Shown here: piece after piece, positions 41,811 to 52,384 of the stretch
Layout: each line of letters begins with the position of its first letter
Position numbering within the stretch: position 1 is the stretch's first letter
Assembly (NCBI GenBank): GCA_963662465.1
Contig: OY759599.1
Coordinates: 352,001-416,000 of the forward strand
Direction: 5' to 3'
Length of the DNA stretch: 64,000 bases
Source: Desulfatiglandales bacterium
Lineage (GTDB): Bacteria > Desulfobacterota > DSM-4660 > Desulfatiglandales > Desulfatiglandaceae
The notes under the pieces: generated by a model
The model's input: only the letters and a program-made list of their open reading frames with translations
Told to the model about the DNA's origin: nothing
Database searches by the model: none
Position numbers and translations under genes: made by a program

Positions 41811-44167
41811 ATGACGGTATCCTCCCCTAAGGTATAGTGGATGGCGACAGCAGTTGTTGTCACCCACTGCCACAGAAAAAGCACTGTGGTTAACCCCACA
41901 CACGGAGAGATTGTCCATGAAAAAACGATTTTCATCCCATGAATTGTTTGAATTGAGAAACGCGATTCCTGTCAGGCGGCTGATCAGAGACGAGTTGCAA
42001 ATCCCTTCAAAAATCAGTGAAGGCGTTTTTCGTTTTCTTTGCCCCGTCTGCAATGAGTTCCAGACGGCGACGCATCCAGTCACAAACCTGGCCCGGTGCT
42101 TCAACGCTAATCAAAACTGAACCAAGTTTGCTAATGGAAATTGAACCATTGGCTGTCACCGCCGGTGAGTACGGCCCTCAGGTATAGCGGACGATGAGGG
42201 ATCCATAAGTGGCGGCAAAGGAGTCGTTGATGTAGATTTACTTTTCAATAAATTTTTATAAAATCTATTTTCTTTGGATTTGGTTTTCTTCTTCCAAGAC
42301 AGAGGCTTGGTTAAGTGGAAATGCGATTTACTTTGTAGAATGGATGGTGAAGGCCCGAAGTAGCCGCTTCGGGCCTTCTTTTTTGACCACCGGATAGAGC
42401 CGGAAGCCACACACACGCCAATTTTATATAAGTGTGTTTCCGGCCAATTGCAAGGCCGGAATGATGGGAGATGTCCTTTTAAGAGTGGTTCAATGCCGAT
42501 GTTGTGGTTGCTTTTTTCACGTCTGTCGGTCGTGTTGGCGTGGCCAGGCCTATTGTGGGGAACGATGTCGCAGGATACGCCAAAGACAGCTGCACCGGAA
42601 AGCTCAGGGGAAATACCGCAATTCGAAAAAAGGGAAAGAGCGCCGTCGTTTGTACGAAAAAACAAAAAAATCCAAAAAAAATGGACTGAACCCTGGTGAT
42701 GATAGTTCAACACCTCAAAAAGACTGTGATATTGAACCCAAAAAGCGGTCGGGGAACCGACCCAGCTGTCTTTTTTGCGGGTCGATCGGGGTTGTTGTGG
42801 ACCATTTTCCTCGCCGTGCTTATGCAGGGAGGGTTTTTTCAGATGTAACAGGCTTTGAGAAAACCCCATATCCATGACAGGAGAAAAAAATGATCAAAAA
42901 AAGAGTCCTTTTTCCCGAAAGAGTGCGTGTCATCAATGGAAGCTTCGGCTTTCTGGAGCATCGTTTTTTGAGAAACGGCTTTTGGGAGAGCCTGAATCAT
43001 CATGAGCTGCTGCTCTACATTTTTCTGGTGTTGGTATCTGACAAAAACGGGCTCTCTTATTATGGTTACGACAGAATCTGCCGGATTTTAAAGGTGCATT
43101 TGGATCAATATATCGATGCCCGCGATGGCTTGTTGGACAAGGATCTGATTGGGTTTGATGGCCGTCTGTTTCAGGTTCTTTCGCTTCCCAGACGTCCTGT
43201 GATTGTGAAACAGGTAAAGGAGATCCGGCAAGGAAATTGGGTCAGTCTTGGAGAAACCATAGAGGAAATCTTTCGGGAGACTGGGTATGGAATCCATCCG
43301 AACCGTTGATATTCATTTGCTGGAGTTGCGTTACGCTCATTGCCGGATAATGAATCACCAGGCTTTAAAGCGATTGAGGGATTCCATCGAAACTTACGGG
43401 CAGATCGTTCCGGCCCTGGCTATTGAAGAAAAAGACAAACTGATTCTGATTGATGGCTACCTGCGTGTTCGAGCGCTTTGTGCTTGTGGAAAGGACCGGA
43501 TATGTGTCCAATTCTCAAAAGAAAACGAACAAAATGCCATGTTTTCGCTTTTAACCAAGGCCAATGAACGGCAATGGGAAGTCATTGAGCAGTCTGTTTT
43601 ACTTCAGGAATTACATCGGCGTTTTGGGTGCAGCCTCTCCCATATTGCAACCCGAATAGGGCGCGACAAGAGTTTTGTAAAACGGCGGCTGGACCTGGTT
43701 GAAGCCCTGCCGGAAAATATTTTGAGAACCGTGATTGCAGGCTCACTTTCAACCTGGGCTGCCAGCCGTGTCATGGCGCCGTTGGCGCGCGCCAACGGTG
43801 AAGACGCACAAAAACTGTTGGCCCACCTGGAAAAAGAACCTCTATCCACAAGGGAACTGGCCCGTTTCTACGCACATTACCAGAAAAGCAACCGGTCTGT
43901 TCGAGACCACATGCTGGAAAATCCATCCCTTTTCATAAAAGTTCTCGAACAAAGAACCCAGTCTAAACAAGCCAAAGAAGTTCATGATGGACCGGAAGGC
44001 AAATGGTTCAAGGATATTGAAATGGCATATGCGGTTCTCAAACGTCTGGTGAAAACCGTTTCGCATGTCCATTACCCAAAAAGCGATCAGTTGAAGAAAC
44101 AAACGCTCAAAACCTGGGTGAAAAAGATAGAAAAACAAGCACTGGAACTCAAGAAAGCGACCCAATT

Positions 44168-45550
44168 ATGATCCGACAATCCAAAAAAGATGCCATTGTG
44201 GAATTGAAAAAAACCGGCATGAGTTTGCGCGACATCGCCAAAACCCTGAAGGCCGGTCGCAATACCGTCACGAAGGTTTTAGATGATCATGACGAAGAGG
44301 CGGTACCCCAAAGGAACTCCCGGTATGAAGAACATGTCCCGTTGATCCGCGAGCTTTTCAAGGAATGTAAAGGAAATGCCGTGCGAGTAGCCGAGGAACT
44401 GGAAAGCCGCCAACAGATCAAAATCCCTTATCAGAGTCTGACCTGGATTATGAGAAAGTACGAGATCCGGGAACGTAAAAAAAGACGGGCGGGCCAATAC
44501 CATTTTAAACCCGGTCAGGAGATGCAGCATGATACGTCACCCCATCTGGTTGTCATTAATGGGAAAAAAATGTCGACCCAGTGCGCGTCCCTGACCCTGG
44601 CCTTTTGCCGAAGGATTTTTATTCAGTATTACCCCTGTTTTACCCGGTTTGAGTGCAAGGTTTTCCTAAAAAAAGCATTCGAGTTTATGGACGGGGTGTG
44701 TTCCCGGTGCATGGTTGACAACACCAATGTTATTGTGGCCGGCGGCACCGGGCCTGATGCATTGATTGCGCCTGAAATGAAATACTTCGGCGATATGTAT
44801 GGAACCCGGTTTGAGGCCCATGCTGTAGGAGACGCCAATCGAAGTGCCCGTGTGGAAAGGCCTTTTCATTTTGTGGAAAACAATTTTCTTCCCGGTAGAA
44901 CATTTGTTAGCTGGCAGGATTTGAACCGGCAGGCAATCGACTGGTGCCGGAATACAAGCGATAAAAAGTTTAAACGGGCTTTAGGGATGACGCCGGATGA
45001 GGCCTATGTCATTGAAAAGCCATATCTCATTGATTTACCGGCATACCAGCCGCCAGTCTATGTGGCAGAACACAGGGTAGCCGATGTTCAGGGATATGTG
45101 CACTTGGACACCAACCGCTATTCAGTCCCTGAAGCGCTGATTGGGAACTCCCTGGAAGTACAGAAACATTGGCTCAAGGTCATCGTTTACGACAAAAACA
45201 CAAAAGTGGCGGAACATGACCGCATACTGGATAAACGCAACACCCGAACAACCCTGCCCGGTCACCATGTTCCCATTCGAAGAAAAAAAGATCCCCGAAT
45301 CCCTTCAAAAGAAGAACAGCTGTTGACGGGAGAGGATGCCATCCTGGATGAGTATGTGGCTGAACTGAAGAAAAGAAGTCACGGTCGCGGTGTGGTCAAG
45401 TTACGTCGGTTGCTTCATCTGAAACGCACTTATCCCGGGGAACCTTTTTTGAAAGCCATAACACAGGCGCTTAAATATGGACTTTTTGATTTGTCGCGTC
45501 TGGAAAACATTATTCTCGATTATATCGCGGGAGACTTTTTTGATCTATGA
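44168..45550 (+). CDS. istA: IS21-family transposase
   Basis: Same protein as 10285-11667. Confidence 0.95.
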   Translation: MIRQSKKDAIVELKKTGMSLRDIAKTLKAGRNTVTKVLDDHDEEAVPQRNSRYEEHVPLIRELFKECKGNAVRVAEELESRQQIKIPYQSLTWIMRKYEIRERKKRRAGQYHFKPGQEMQHDTSPHLVVINGKKMSTQCASLTLAFCRRIFIQYYPCFTRFECKVFLKKAFEFMDGVCSRCMVDNTNVIVAGGTGPDALIAPEMKYFGDMYGTRFEAHAVGDANRSARVERPFHFVENNFLPGRTFVSWQDLNRQAIDWCRNTSDKKFKRALGMTPDEAYVIEKPYLIDLPAYQPPVYVAEHRVADVQGYVHLDTNRYSVPEALIGNSLEVQKHWLKVIVYDKNTKVAEHDRILDKRNTRTTLPGHHVPIRRKKDPRIPSKEEQLLTGEDAILDEYVAELKKRSHGRGVVKLRRLLHLKRTYPGEPFLKAITQALKYGLFDLSRLENIILDYIAGDFFDL

Positions 45551-46266
45551 AAAAGAAAATTGAACAGTTACTCATTGATTTGAAGTTTAAAGGCATGCTG
45601 AAGGCTCTCGAAGAACAGTTGGCTTCGGCTGAAAAGAACGGTTTTTCCATTCACGAGGTCATCTACAATCTCCTGGCTGAGGAATTACGTTTCCGGCAGG
45701 AGCGCAGCATGATCTATCGGGTCCAGATTGCAAAGCTTCCATGGGAATGGACCCTCAACTCCTTTCCGTTTGATCTTCAGCCGGGAATACAGAAGAGCCG
45801 GATCATGACGTTGTCCGGCCTTGACTTTATCAGCCGAAGAGAAAACATCGTGTTCCATGGAAAAACCGGCGTCGGCAAAACGGGATTGGCCGTGGGGATC
45901 CTTCGTCAAGCCATTATTGCCGGGTACCGGGGGCGTTTTTATAATGTTCAGGATTTGCTGGATCAGCTCTATGCGTCTTTGGCAGATCGGTCCACCCCGA
46001 AACTCCTCAATGCCCTTTGCAGATATGACCTGCTTCTGCTCGATGAACTGGGATACCTGACCCTCAAAAAAGAGCAGATGAACGCCTTTTTTAAACTCAT
46101 GAAAGATCGCTATGAAGCCGGTCGGTCCACAATTATTACGACCAATCTTCAACCTGAACAATGGTATTCGCTGCTTGAACCAAAGGACATGGTCGATGCC
46201 TTGCTGGATCGTCTCAACCATCGCTGCATCAACATTCATATTGATGGTCCTTCCCTCAGAAAATGA
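45547..46266 (+). CDS. istB: IS21 helper ATPase
   Basis: Same protein as 9569-10288. Confidence 0.95.
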   Translation: MKKKIEQLLIDLKFKGMLKALEEQLASAEKNGFSIHEVIYNLLAEELRFRQERSMIYRVQIAKLPWEWTLNSFPFDLQPGIQKSRIMTLSGLDFISRRENIVFHGKTGVGKTGLAVGILRQAIIAGYRGRFYNVQDLLDQLYASLADRSTPKLLNALCRYDLLLLDELGYLTLKKEQMNAFFKLMKDRYEAGRSTIITTNLQPEQWYSLLEPKDMVDALLDRLNHRCINIHIDGPSLRK

Positions 46267-47019
46267 GATGTTCGCCAAAGGGCCGGTTTTGAGGTCTGAA
46301 TATCACCGGTCTGTTTGAATCTCGTTACACGAATATCAGAAATTACCTTGTCTTGGAGCTTGAAATGAGAGGTGGAAAACGGGTAGGCGCCGGCCGAAGA
46401 AAGAAACCGGAACATTTGAGACGTGAACTGCTCACCATTCGTCTCCCCAAATGGATGATTCTACAGCTGAAAAAAAACGGGGAAATTGGATATTTGATTG
46501 AGGACCAATTGGCGAAGGGAGGCCTCCTGAATTTACCGGACGACTATGACATAGACAAATAGTTCCTCAATAAGCATTGCCCTTAACCGAAAAATCTAAT
46601 CCCCTCTTCTCTGCCATCACCATATTGATGGTATCCTCATCACTGATTCTTCAACCAGAACGCTACGTGTCTCACCAGCATTTTTAAAATACCATCTGAT
46701 ATACTCTTTCATGCAGCCTCTAACAAATTTACAAGAAAACCCTTCTAAAAGGAAAAGACCAGTGCGCAATATCTGGTTCCGTTTGGAGTAGCAAAACTGG
46801 TTCCATTTTGGTTAGCGCCCAAGCCCGGTGTTTCAGATGTGAAAAAAACTTCAATGCCATCGACCTTGTTATGGCTGTCAAGGGATTGGGTTTTAAAGAA
46901 AGTGTTGTGTTTTTGAAACAAATACTGGCGATGGACTCAAACCGCAACGGAGATGCCGGTCAGGCGGTGCGCACCCTTGCAGCAGGCATTGGCTTTTCAA
47001 TGCCGGGATTGAGGTAGTT

Positions 47020-47694
47020 ATGCATCAGGAACGATTAAACTACCTTGAAACGATTATTGCGGGCAAGCAACGGAATTTTTATGAACTGGGAAAGGCCCTC
47101 AATGAGATAAAACAGACTCGTTTATATCGGCTGGCCCTGTATGACAATTTTGGCGCCTACGTCAAAGCCCGCTGGGATATGGGCAGATCCCAGGCCTATC
47201 GGGTTATCAATGCCTATCAGGTCGTTAACAATCTGTCCCCAATTGGGGGCAGACTTCCTGTTAATGAGTCACAGGTTCGCCCCCTGGCCAAGTTAACTCC
47301 CCTTGAACAGCGGGCTGCCTGGAAACGCTTCCTGGCAACGGGCGAGGAACTGACGGCATTGAATATCAAAACCTTTGTCTGTTCAGACGACCGTTCTCAT
47401 AAAAACAATTTTGTCAATTTGACGGATCTTATCTCCGATGCGTACATGGATGCGGTGTCAACCATGATAGAGCAGATTCGCATTGCTCAGCATGACCGCT
47501 GGCAGAAGACCTCTCGCCAGGCAGCTCTCCTGTGGAATCAGGTCATAAGTACCCGAGCAAATGTTTTTCAACATCTTTTTGATGTAATCCGCAATATACA
47601 AAGGGTAAACACCATCTTAAAATACCCTAAAATATATGCTTGGGTACTTACAGGAGAAAATTTTGGCAAAGGAGCCGGACAATGGATAACCTAA
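47020..47694 (+). CDS. Hypothetical transposon accessory protein
   Basis: FYELGKALNEIK..RLYR..F..Y...W...AYR..PVNESQVRPL pattern; operonic with neighbours. Confidence 0.65.
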   Translation: MHQERLNYLETIIAGKQRNFYELGKALNEIKQTRLYRLALYDNFGAYVKARWDMGRSQAYRVINAYQVVNNLSPIGGRLPVNESQVRPLAKLTPLEQRAAWKRFLATGEELTALNIKTFVCSDDRSHKNNFVNLTDLISDAYMDAVSTMIEQIRIAQHDRWQKTSRQAALLWNQVISTRANVFQHLFDVIRNIQRVNTILKYPKIYAWVLTGENFGKGAGQWIT

Positions 47695-49205
47695 CATTGG
47701 ATGACCGTTTCCATTTGCTGCTCTACAAAAAACTCATGAACAAGCAGGGAGCTGCCCTGCGGCGGGCAAAAAAGTATTACAAAGATCAGTATCGGAAAAC
47801 CGGCATCATCCCGGGGCCGCTATTGCTTGCAGAGAAAGGCATTATGGAGGGCAGGCGATGCAGTGGCAGGCCTCGGTCGCTGGACGATGAGACCCGCAAG
47901 CGTTTTATTGCCATGGTCAAGGCATCCTGCGACCCATCAAACCCGGCGTTTATTTTTATCACCAGAAAGGCCAGAATCATAAAGAATTACCATCATTGGC
48001 TTCAAGCTGAGTTGAACCGACCCGTCTCTATTGCCGCCCTCCGGCGCTCAGTGAAGCGAGACAATCTAAAACCGTATCTTACTAGACCGGATTTTGATGA
48101 TGATGTGCCCACCAACCATTGTTTTGACCCGGCGCCGGTGTTTGATCTGATCCAGATGGATGGTTGCAAGTTCCATTATTTGAAAATCAGAGATGACAAT
48201 GGATACTGGCAACAACCCCAGGTGATTGAATTGTTTGATACGGGGTCCCGCTATATGTTTGTCCTCGATGTGTTCTTCTCTGAAAGCAGTTTAAATGCGG
48301 TGGAGCTGTTCACGCAGTTTTTGTTGAGTACGCCATTCCCCCAGAAAACCTTTCGTATCCGACCGGATAACGCCAAAGGATTTTTGAACCTCAAGCGGGC
48401 CTTTAACGCCGTGAACCTTGCCCATTCAGTTCCCAAAGGGTTTTATATGGACGCCGATTTCGCTCGAATCCATGCCCCTAAAGATAAAGCACACCTGGAA
48501 TCATCTCATCGAAGCCTGCATCATTTTGAGATCCGGATTATCAAGGCATTCGAAGACCGGATTGTCAAAACTGTCCCTGGTTATATTTTCACATGTGGGA
48601 AAAGGGAACAGATCACAGTAACCCTCCTTGATATCAGCCGCTATGAATTAAAGGCCAGTTCACTGATACAGGACTATTGTCATGAACACAACGCAACAAA
48701 ACATTATTTCAGCGAAAATGGAAAAATCTCAACCTGGGTTCCGGAACAGAAATTAGCGCATGTTTTCCAGACAGAGGAAAATACCCTGACTTTTGCACCC
48801 CAACAGGTAAAACAGTATATGAAGTATGGTCTGCGCAAAACCCCGGCAACGGTATCGACAAAAAAAACAATCCGATGTGATAACCGGATTTACCATGTAA
48901 CCGTTGGTGCGGACGCATTCAGTAATCACAAAAGCACCCCTGTAAAGATATCCCGCTATCATGACAAGCTGTTCATTTTCGAGCCCAAGGATAACGGAAT
49001 TCTTCTGGGGGAGGCCATGCCCATGACCCCACCGGAACACCCTGTAAAATCGCCTGTTATAGACATTGAAAAAGGGGAACTCGAACAGATCATTTCCTTT
49101 TTGGAACATTATGATATGACCGTTGATCGCCCTGCATTGATCGAGACATATAATAAGGGACTGTCATTGGAGAGAAAGGCTATCCAATTGGTTCTGGGGA
49201 AATAG
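47682..49205 (+). CDS. DDE integrase-core (Mu/IS21-like) transposase, C-terminus truncated
   Basis: IQMDG, DTGSR, RPDNAKGF, PKDKAHLE; the end runs into unrelated IS debris. Confidence 0.7.
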   Translation: MDNLTLDDRFHLLLYKKLMNKQGAALRRAKKYYKDQYRKTGIIPGPLLLAEKGIMEGRRCSGRPRSLDDETRKRFIAMVKASCDPSNPAFIFITRKARIIKNYHHWLQAELNRPVSIAALRRSVKRDNLKPYLTRPDFDDDVPTNHCFDPAPVFDLIQMDGCKFHYLKIRDDNGYWQQPQVIELFDTGSRYMFVLDVFFSESSLNAVELFTQFLLSTPFPQKTFRIRPDNAKGFLNLKRAFNAVNLAHSVPKGFYMDADFARIHAPKDKAHLESSHRSLHHFEIRIIKAFEDRIVKTVPGYIFTCGKREQITVTLLDISRYELKASSLIQDYCHEHNATKHYFSENGKISTWVPEQKLAHVFQTEENTLTFAPQQVKQYMKYGLRKTPATVSTKKTIRCDNRIYHVTVGADAFSNHKSTPVKISRYHDKLFIFEPKDNGILLGEAMPMTPPEHPVKSPVIDIEKGELEQIISFLEHYDMTVDRPALIETYNKGLSLERKAIQLVLGK

Positions 49206-49391
49206 AAAGCGCTCATAAATCAATACCGCAAAAACGATTGAAAATCCCCGGTGCGACTTGGCGCCCTTCTTCAATTGATCCTATGCTTGCATTGCGAGTG
49301 TTGAGAGCAGATGACTGGTGGGATGATTCCGGACTCAAAGGAATCAGAAGTTGTTGGCAGCCTAACTCTCCAACAGCCGTGATTTACACCC
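49172..49391 (+). pseudogene. 3' remnant of an ISKra4/ISLre2-type transposase
   Basis: GYPIGSGEIESAHK..QKRLKIPGATW. Confidence 0.7.
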
Positions 49392-49574
49392 AATCCGTTT
49401 ATTCCCGCCTTATTCTCACTCTCGCCCCTTCTGCAGCTTTAAACCCATTCTTTCAGAGGTTCACGATCTCAAGAATGCAATTGATATCATATGGGAAGTT
49501 TTCAAAACGGACAAGAGAGTCCGACGTTTGATTGTATGAAGAATGCTGTAACCAAAACAGGGGGGTGATTTATC

Positions 49575-49869
49575 ATGGATGGGCTGAATGTGAAGCGAAT
49601 TAATAAACAGGGATAAATTTCCATTGACAAGAAATACGCAGGCAAGAAGGTTTAAATCGACCAATATCCCGATGGTACCGTTGTTTTGACGCCCATTGAG
49701 TTTATCAGTGAATTTGAAATCAATCTTCTCAAGTTCCGATCATTTCAGGACCGCCTGAAGGCTTTCGACCGATGGGAAGCAGTTCATGATGCCTCAGAAG
49801 CCAAGCTTGCTGATCTGGAGAGACATTTTGAGGATTGACCTAATCTTTCCCGGTTTTCAAAAAGATTTC
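49575..49869 (+). pseudogene. Decayed two-gene toxin-antitoxin-like module cut at the IR
   Basis: AbrB-like VKRINKQG*ISIDKKYAGKKV*..DGTVVLTP with stops; the next ORF start is truncated at 49869. Confidence 0.4.
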
Positions 49870-50402
49870 GGTTCATCGCGGATTAACGTGAAATTTGGTT
49901 TGACTGGATTTTGGCCCGTGCTGTAGGTGCGAATTCAGTCGTACAGAGCAGATGCCCTTTGTGCGACTAAAGTTGCACCTACAATCGTTCCAAAAGTTAG
50001 GGCTTCACGGCAATCCGCGAAGAGGCAAGATGACCCATAGCGGTTTAACGTGAACCGTGGATTGAAACCCTTCGATGAATTTCACCATATTTTCATCAAA
50101 ATAAATGCTCCTACAAAAAAACCTATTGACTTTTTCATTTTTTCGGAATAGCGAATGATTGAATTGAGTCAGCGCTATGATTTTGCGATTAACGTGAAAC
50201 TTGTTTCTGATGATGGTTTCACGGGGCCTGTAGGTGCGGCTTCAGCCGCACAGCATTGCTTTTTTAGGTTGTTCTTTTTGCGAAGTGTTCCGATTGTGTT
50301 GTACTCCGATTGTAGGTGCGACTTTAGTCGCACATTTCATTACGTTTTGCAATGCTTTCAAAAGGTTTTGGGGTCGGGTGATTTAATGAGGAGGGAAGGG
50401 CG

Positions 50403-51479
50403 GTGAAAAAAGAGATGAATCGGTTTTTAACGATTTGGGCGATTGGTTTGGCCGTGGTTTGCCTGTCTTTTGGAGCCCATGGGCGTGCGGCGGAAAAAGA
50501 CTGTAATGTGTTCATCAGTTGCGGGAATCCCTACGACTGCTGCAACAATGGAACCCAGGAACAGGACGGCAACTGCACCTGGTGGGCGTGGAAGATGATG
50601 TATGACCGGTGGGGGTATCGGGCGCCCACCTGGCACAATGCCGGTCAAGTATGGTTGGATGGCGCGCAACAGGCTGGGTTGCCCACGGGTGATGGAAATT
50701 CTCCCAGAGTCGGGTCCGTTTTTGTCCAATCCGGGCATGTGGGGTGGGTTTTCAAGGTGGACGGGAATACCATCTACACCACTCAAATGAACTGCGGATA
50801 TCCGGACCAGTACACTAGCGAACAGAACGATTACAAAACCTATGACATTACTACGCAAACGTTCCTGGGTTTCATCTATCCGCCGGACGGCTCCGGGCCG
50901 GTGCCGGATACGGGTGTGACAAAATGTTATGACACGGCCGGAAACGTCATCATCTGTCCGGATTCCGGTGAGGACTATTACGGCCAGGACGGCAATTACA
51001 CCATCAACCCGCCGTCCTATACCAAGCTGGATTCGCAGGGTTATGTTCTATCGGTTGCCGCCACATCCTGGGCCATGGTTCTAGACAATGTCACCGGGCT
51101 GTACTGGGAGGCGAAACAGAACAAGGACGGTGCCTCACATTACGATAATCCCCATGATGCCGACAATACCTATAACTGGTACGACGCGCAGAATATCTTC
51201 ATCAAGGCCCTAAACGACGCCAATTTCGGCGGCCATTGCGACTGGCGTTTGCCCACCAACAAGGAGCTGGCTTTTCTGGTGGATTACAGCATCGCGTATC
51301 CGGGGCCGACCATCAACATGACCTATTTTGCGAATACGGTGTCGTCCTATTACTGGTCGTCTACTACCTATGCCAATACTCCGGACGACGCCTGGCTCGT
51401 CGATTTCTACGATGGCTACCGCCTCTGGTACTGTAAGTCCTACAGCGATTACGTTCGGGCGGTTCGCGGCGGACAGTGA
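50403..51479 (+). CDS. DGR target 1: signal peptide, CHAP domain and Lcl/DUF1566 C-type-lectin-fold domain
   Basis: GNCTWWA...GHVGWV (CHAP Cys/His); DNVTGLYWE, DWRLPTNKEL, YWSSTT, VRAVRGGQ. Confidence 0.9.
   Translation: MKKEMNRFLTIWAIGLAVVCLSFGAHGRAAEKDCNVFISCGNPYDCCNNGTQEQDGNCTWWAWKMMYDRWGYRAPTWHNAGQVWLDGAQQAGLPTGDGNSPRVGSVFVQSGHVGWVFKVDGNTIYTTQMNCGYPDQYTSEQNDYKTYDITTQTFLGFIYPPDGSGPVPDTGVTKCYDTAGNVIICPDSGEDYYGQDGNYTINPPSYTKLDSQGYVLSVAATSWAMVLDNVTGLYWEAKQNKDGASHYDNPHDADNTYNWYDAQNIFIKALNDANFGGHCDWRLPTNKELAFLVDYSIAYPGPTINMTYFANTVSSYYWSSTTYANTPDDAWLVDFYDGYRLWYCKSYSDYVRAVRGGQ
51338..51478 (+). repeat. DGR variable repeat VR1
   Basis: 141-nt ungapped match to TR; 22 mismatches, 21 opposite TR adenines. 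Confidence 0.97.
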
Positions 51480-51526
51480 TCGATTATTCGGTAATTTGAT
51501 GCTTTGTTCATTTGGAGCTGAAAATC

Positions 51527-51925
51527 TTGGCAAGGTATGAACATCTACCCCTATACAAAGCGGCCATGGACATGGGAGTCTATCTCGAAGGTATGGTCCA
51601 TAACTTCAGCCGGTATCACAAATATACCACCGGTCAGGAACTGCGTAGCCTGGCCCGCGAAATCATCAAGCTTATCATCTGGGCCAATTCGGTCCGGGAT
51701 AGGAGCGACATCCTGTCGGAACTGGTGATCCAGTGCGAAATGCTCAAGACCATGCTCTTTTTTGCCAAGGAAACCAAGGCGATTCAGAGCTTCAAGGCAT
51801 TTTAGCACGCCTCCGGTCTGGCGGTGTTGCTTTGCAGACAGAGCGAGGGCTGGCTTAAAAGCAGTCGAAAGGGCCCGAATCGCCCACCCCCGGATGGGAA
51901 AGGGGGGCCGGCGAGTGCGCCATGA
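51527..51925 (+). pseudogene. avd: Avd-like four-helix-bundle accessory gene with in-frame TAG at 51803-51805
   Basis: MARYEHLPLYK...FSRYHKYTTGQELR; past the stop the frame continues HASGLAVLLCRQSEGWLK to TGA at 51925. Confidence 0.85.
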
Positions 51926-52243
51926 ACACTGTGCGCCTCCCCCGCCTGGCGGTTCATGCAGGCATATTCATGCAGGGCGTGGAGGGATCCGCGCCCGGTG
52001 GAAGGAAATTCATTGCGGCCTGCACAGCTGTGGGTGCGACTGTAGGTGCGACTTCAGTCGCACAGCAACGTCGTGCGCCAATACCGGGTATGGCTTGTGC
52101 GAATAAATTCGCACCTACAGTGCAACCGTCCCGACGGCGGATGTTTTGACCCCGGGATGGGTTGTGCGGCTGAAGCCGCACCTACAGCACAGTGCCACAG
52201 CACAGCGCTATTGTGGGTTTCCTTCATCAAGTGGGGAGGTGAT

Positions 52244-52384
52244 GGTGTCGTCCAATTACTGGTCGTCTACTACCAATGCCAATAATCCGAACAACGCCTG
52301 GAACGTCAATTTCAACAATGGCAACGACAACTGGAACAATAAGTCCAACAACAATTACGTTCGGGCGGTTCGCGGCGGAAAGTG
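52244..52384 (+). ncRNA. DGR template repeat (TR)
   Basis: 17 AAY codons in the target frame; lies between avd and the RT core; matches VR1 and VR2. Confidence 0.97.

Larger units (their letters stand above)
42099..46823 (+). mobile_element. 4.7-kb IstA/IstB transposon, copy 2 (genes 42434-42877, 42890-43309, ParB-like 43287-44171, istA, istB, small ORF ending 46562)
   Basis: Same IRs as copy 1; 7-bp TSD CCCGGTG (42092-42098, 46824-46830); 19 bp shorter because it has one GAGATTCAAACAGACCGGT unit instead of two. Confidence 0.92.
41917..47017 (+). pseudogene. CHC2 (primase-type) zinc-finger protein split by the insertion
   Basis: CPVC...NLARC (to 42098) joins FRCEKNFNAIDLVM (from 46831). Confidence 0.8.
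41080..49170 (+). mobile_element. Multi-gene DDE transposon remnant, right part lost, hosting the 4.7-kb insertion
   Basis: TGTAACG end followed by repeated (T)ACCCCGCCGC motifs (41100-41171); Zn-finger, CHC2-like and DDE genes in one direction. Confidence 0.65.

Noticed and set aside
13737..42098. Inversion between the two inverted 4.7-kb copies
   Set aside because: Each copy keeps its own matching TSD and split host gene, so no net inversion has occurred
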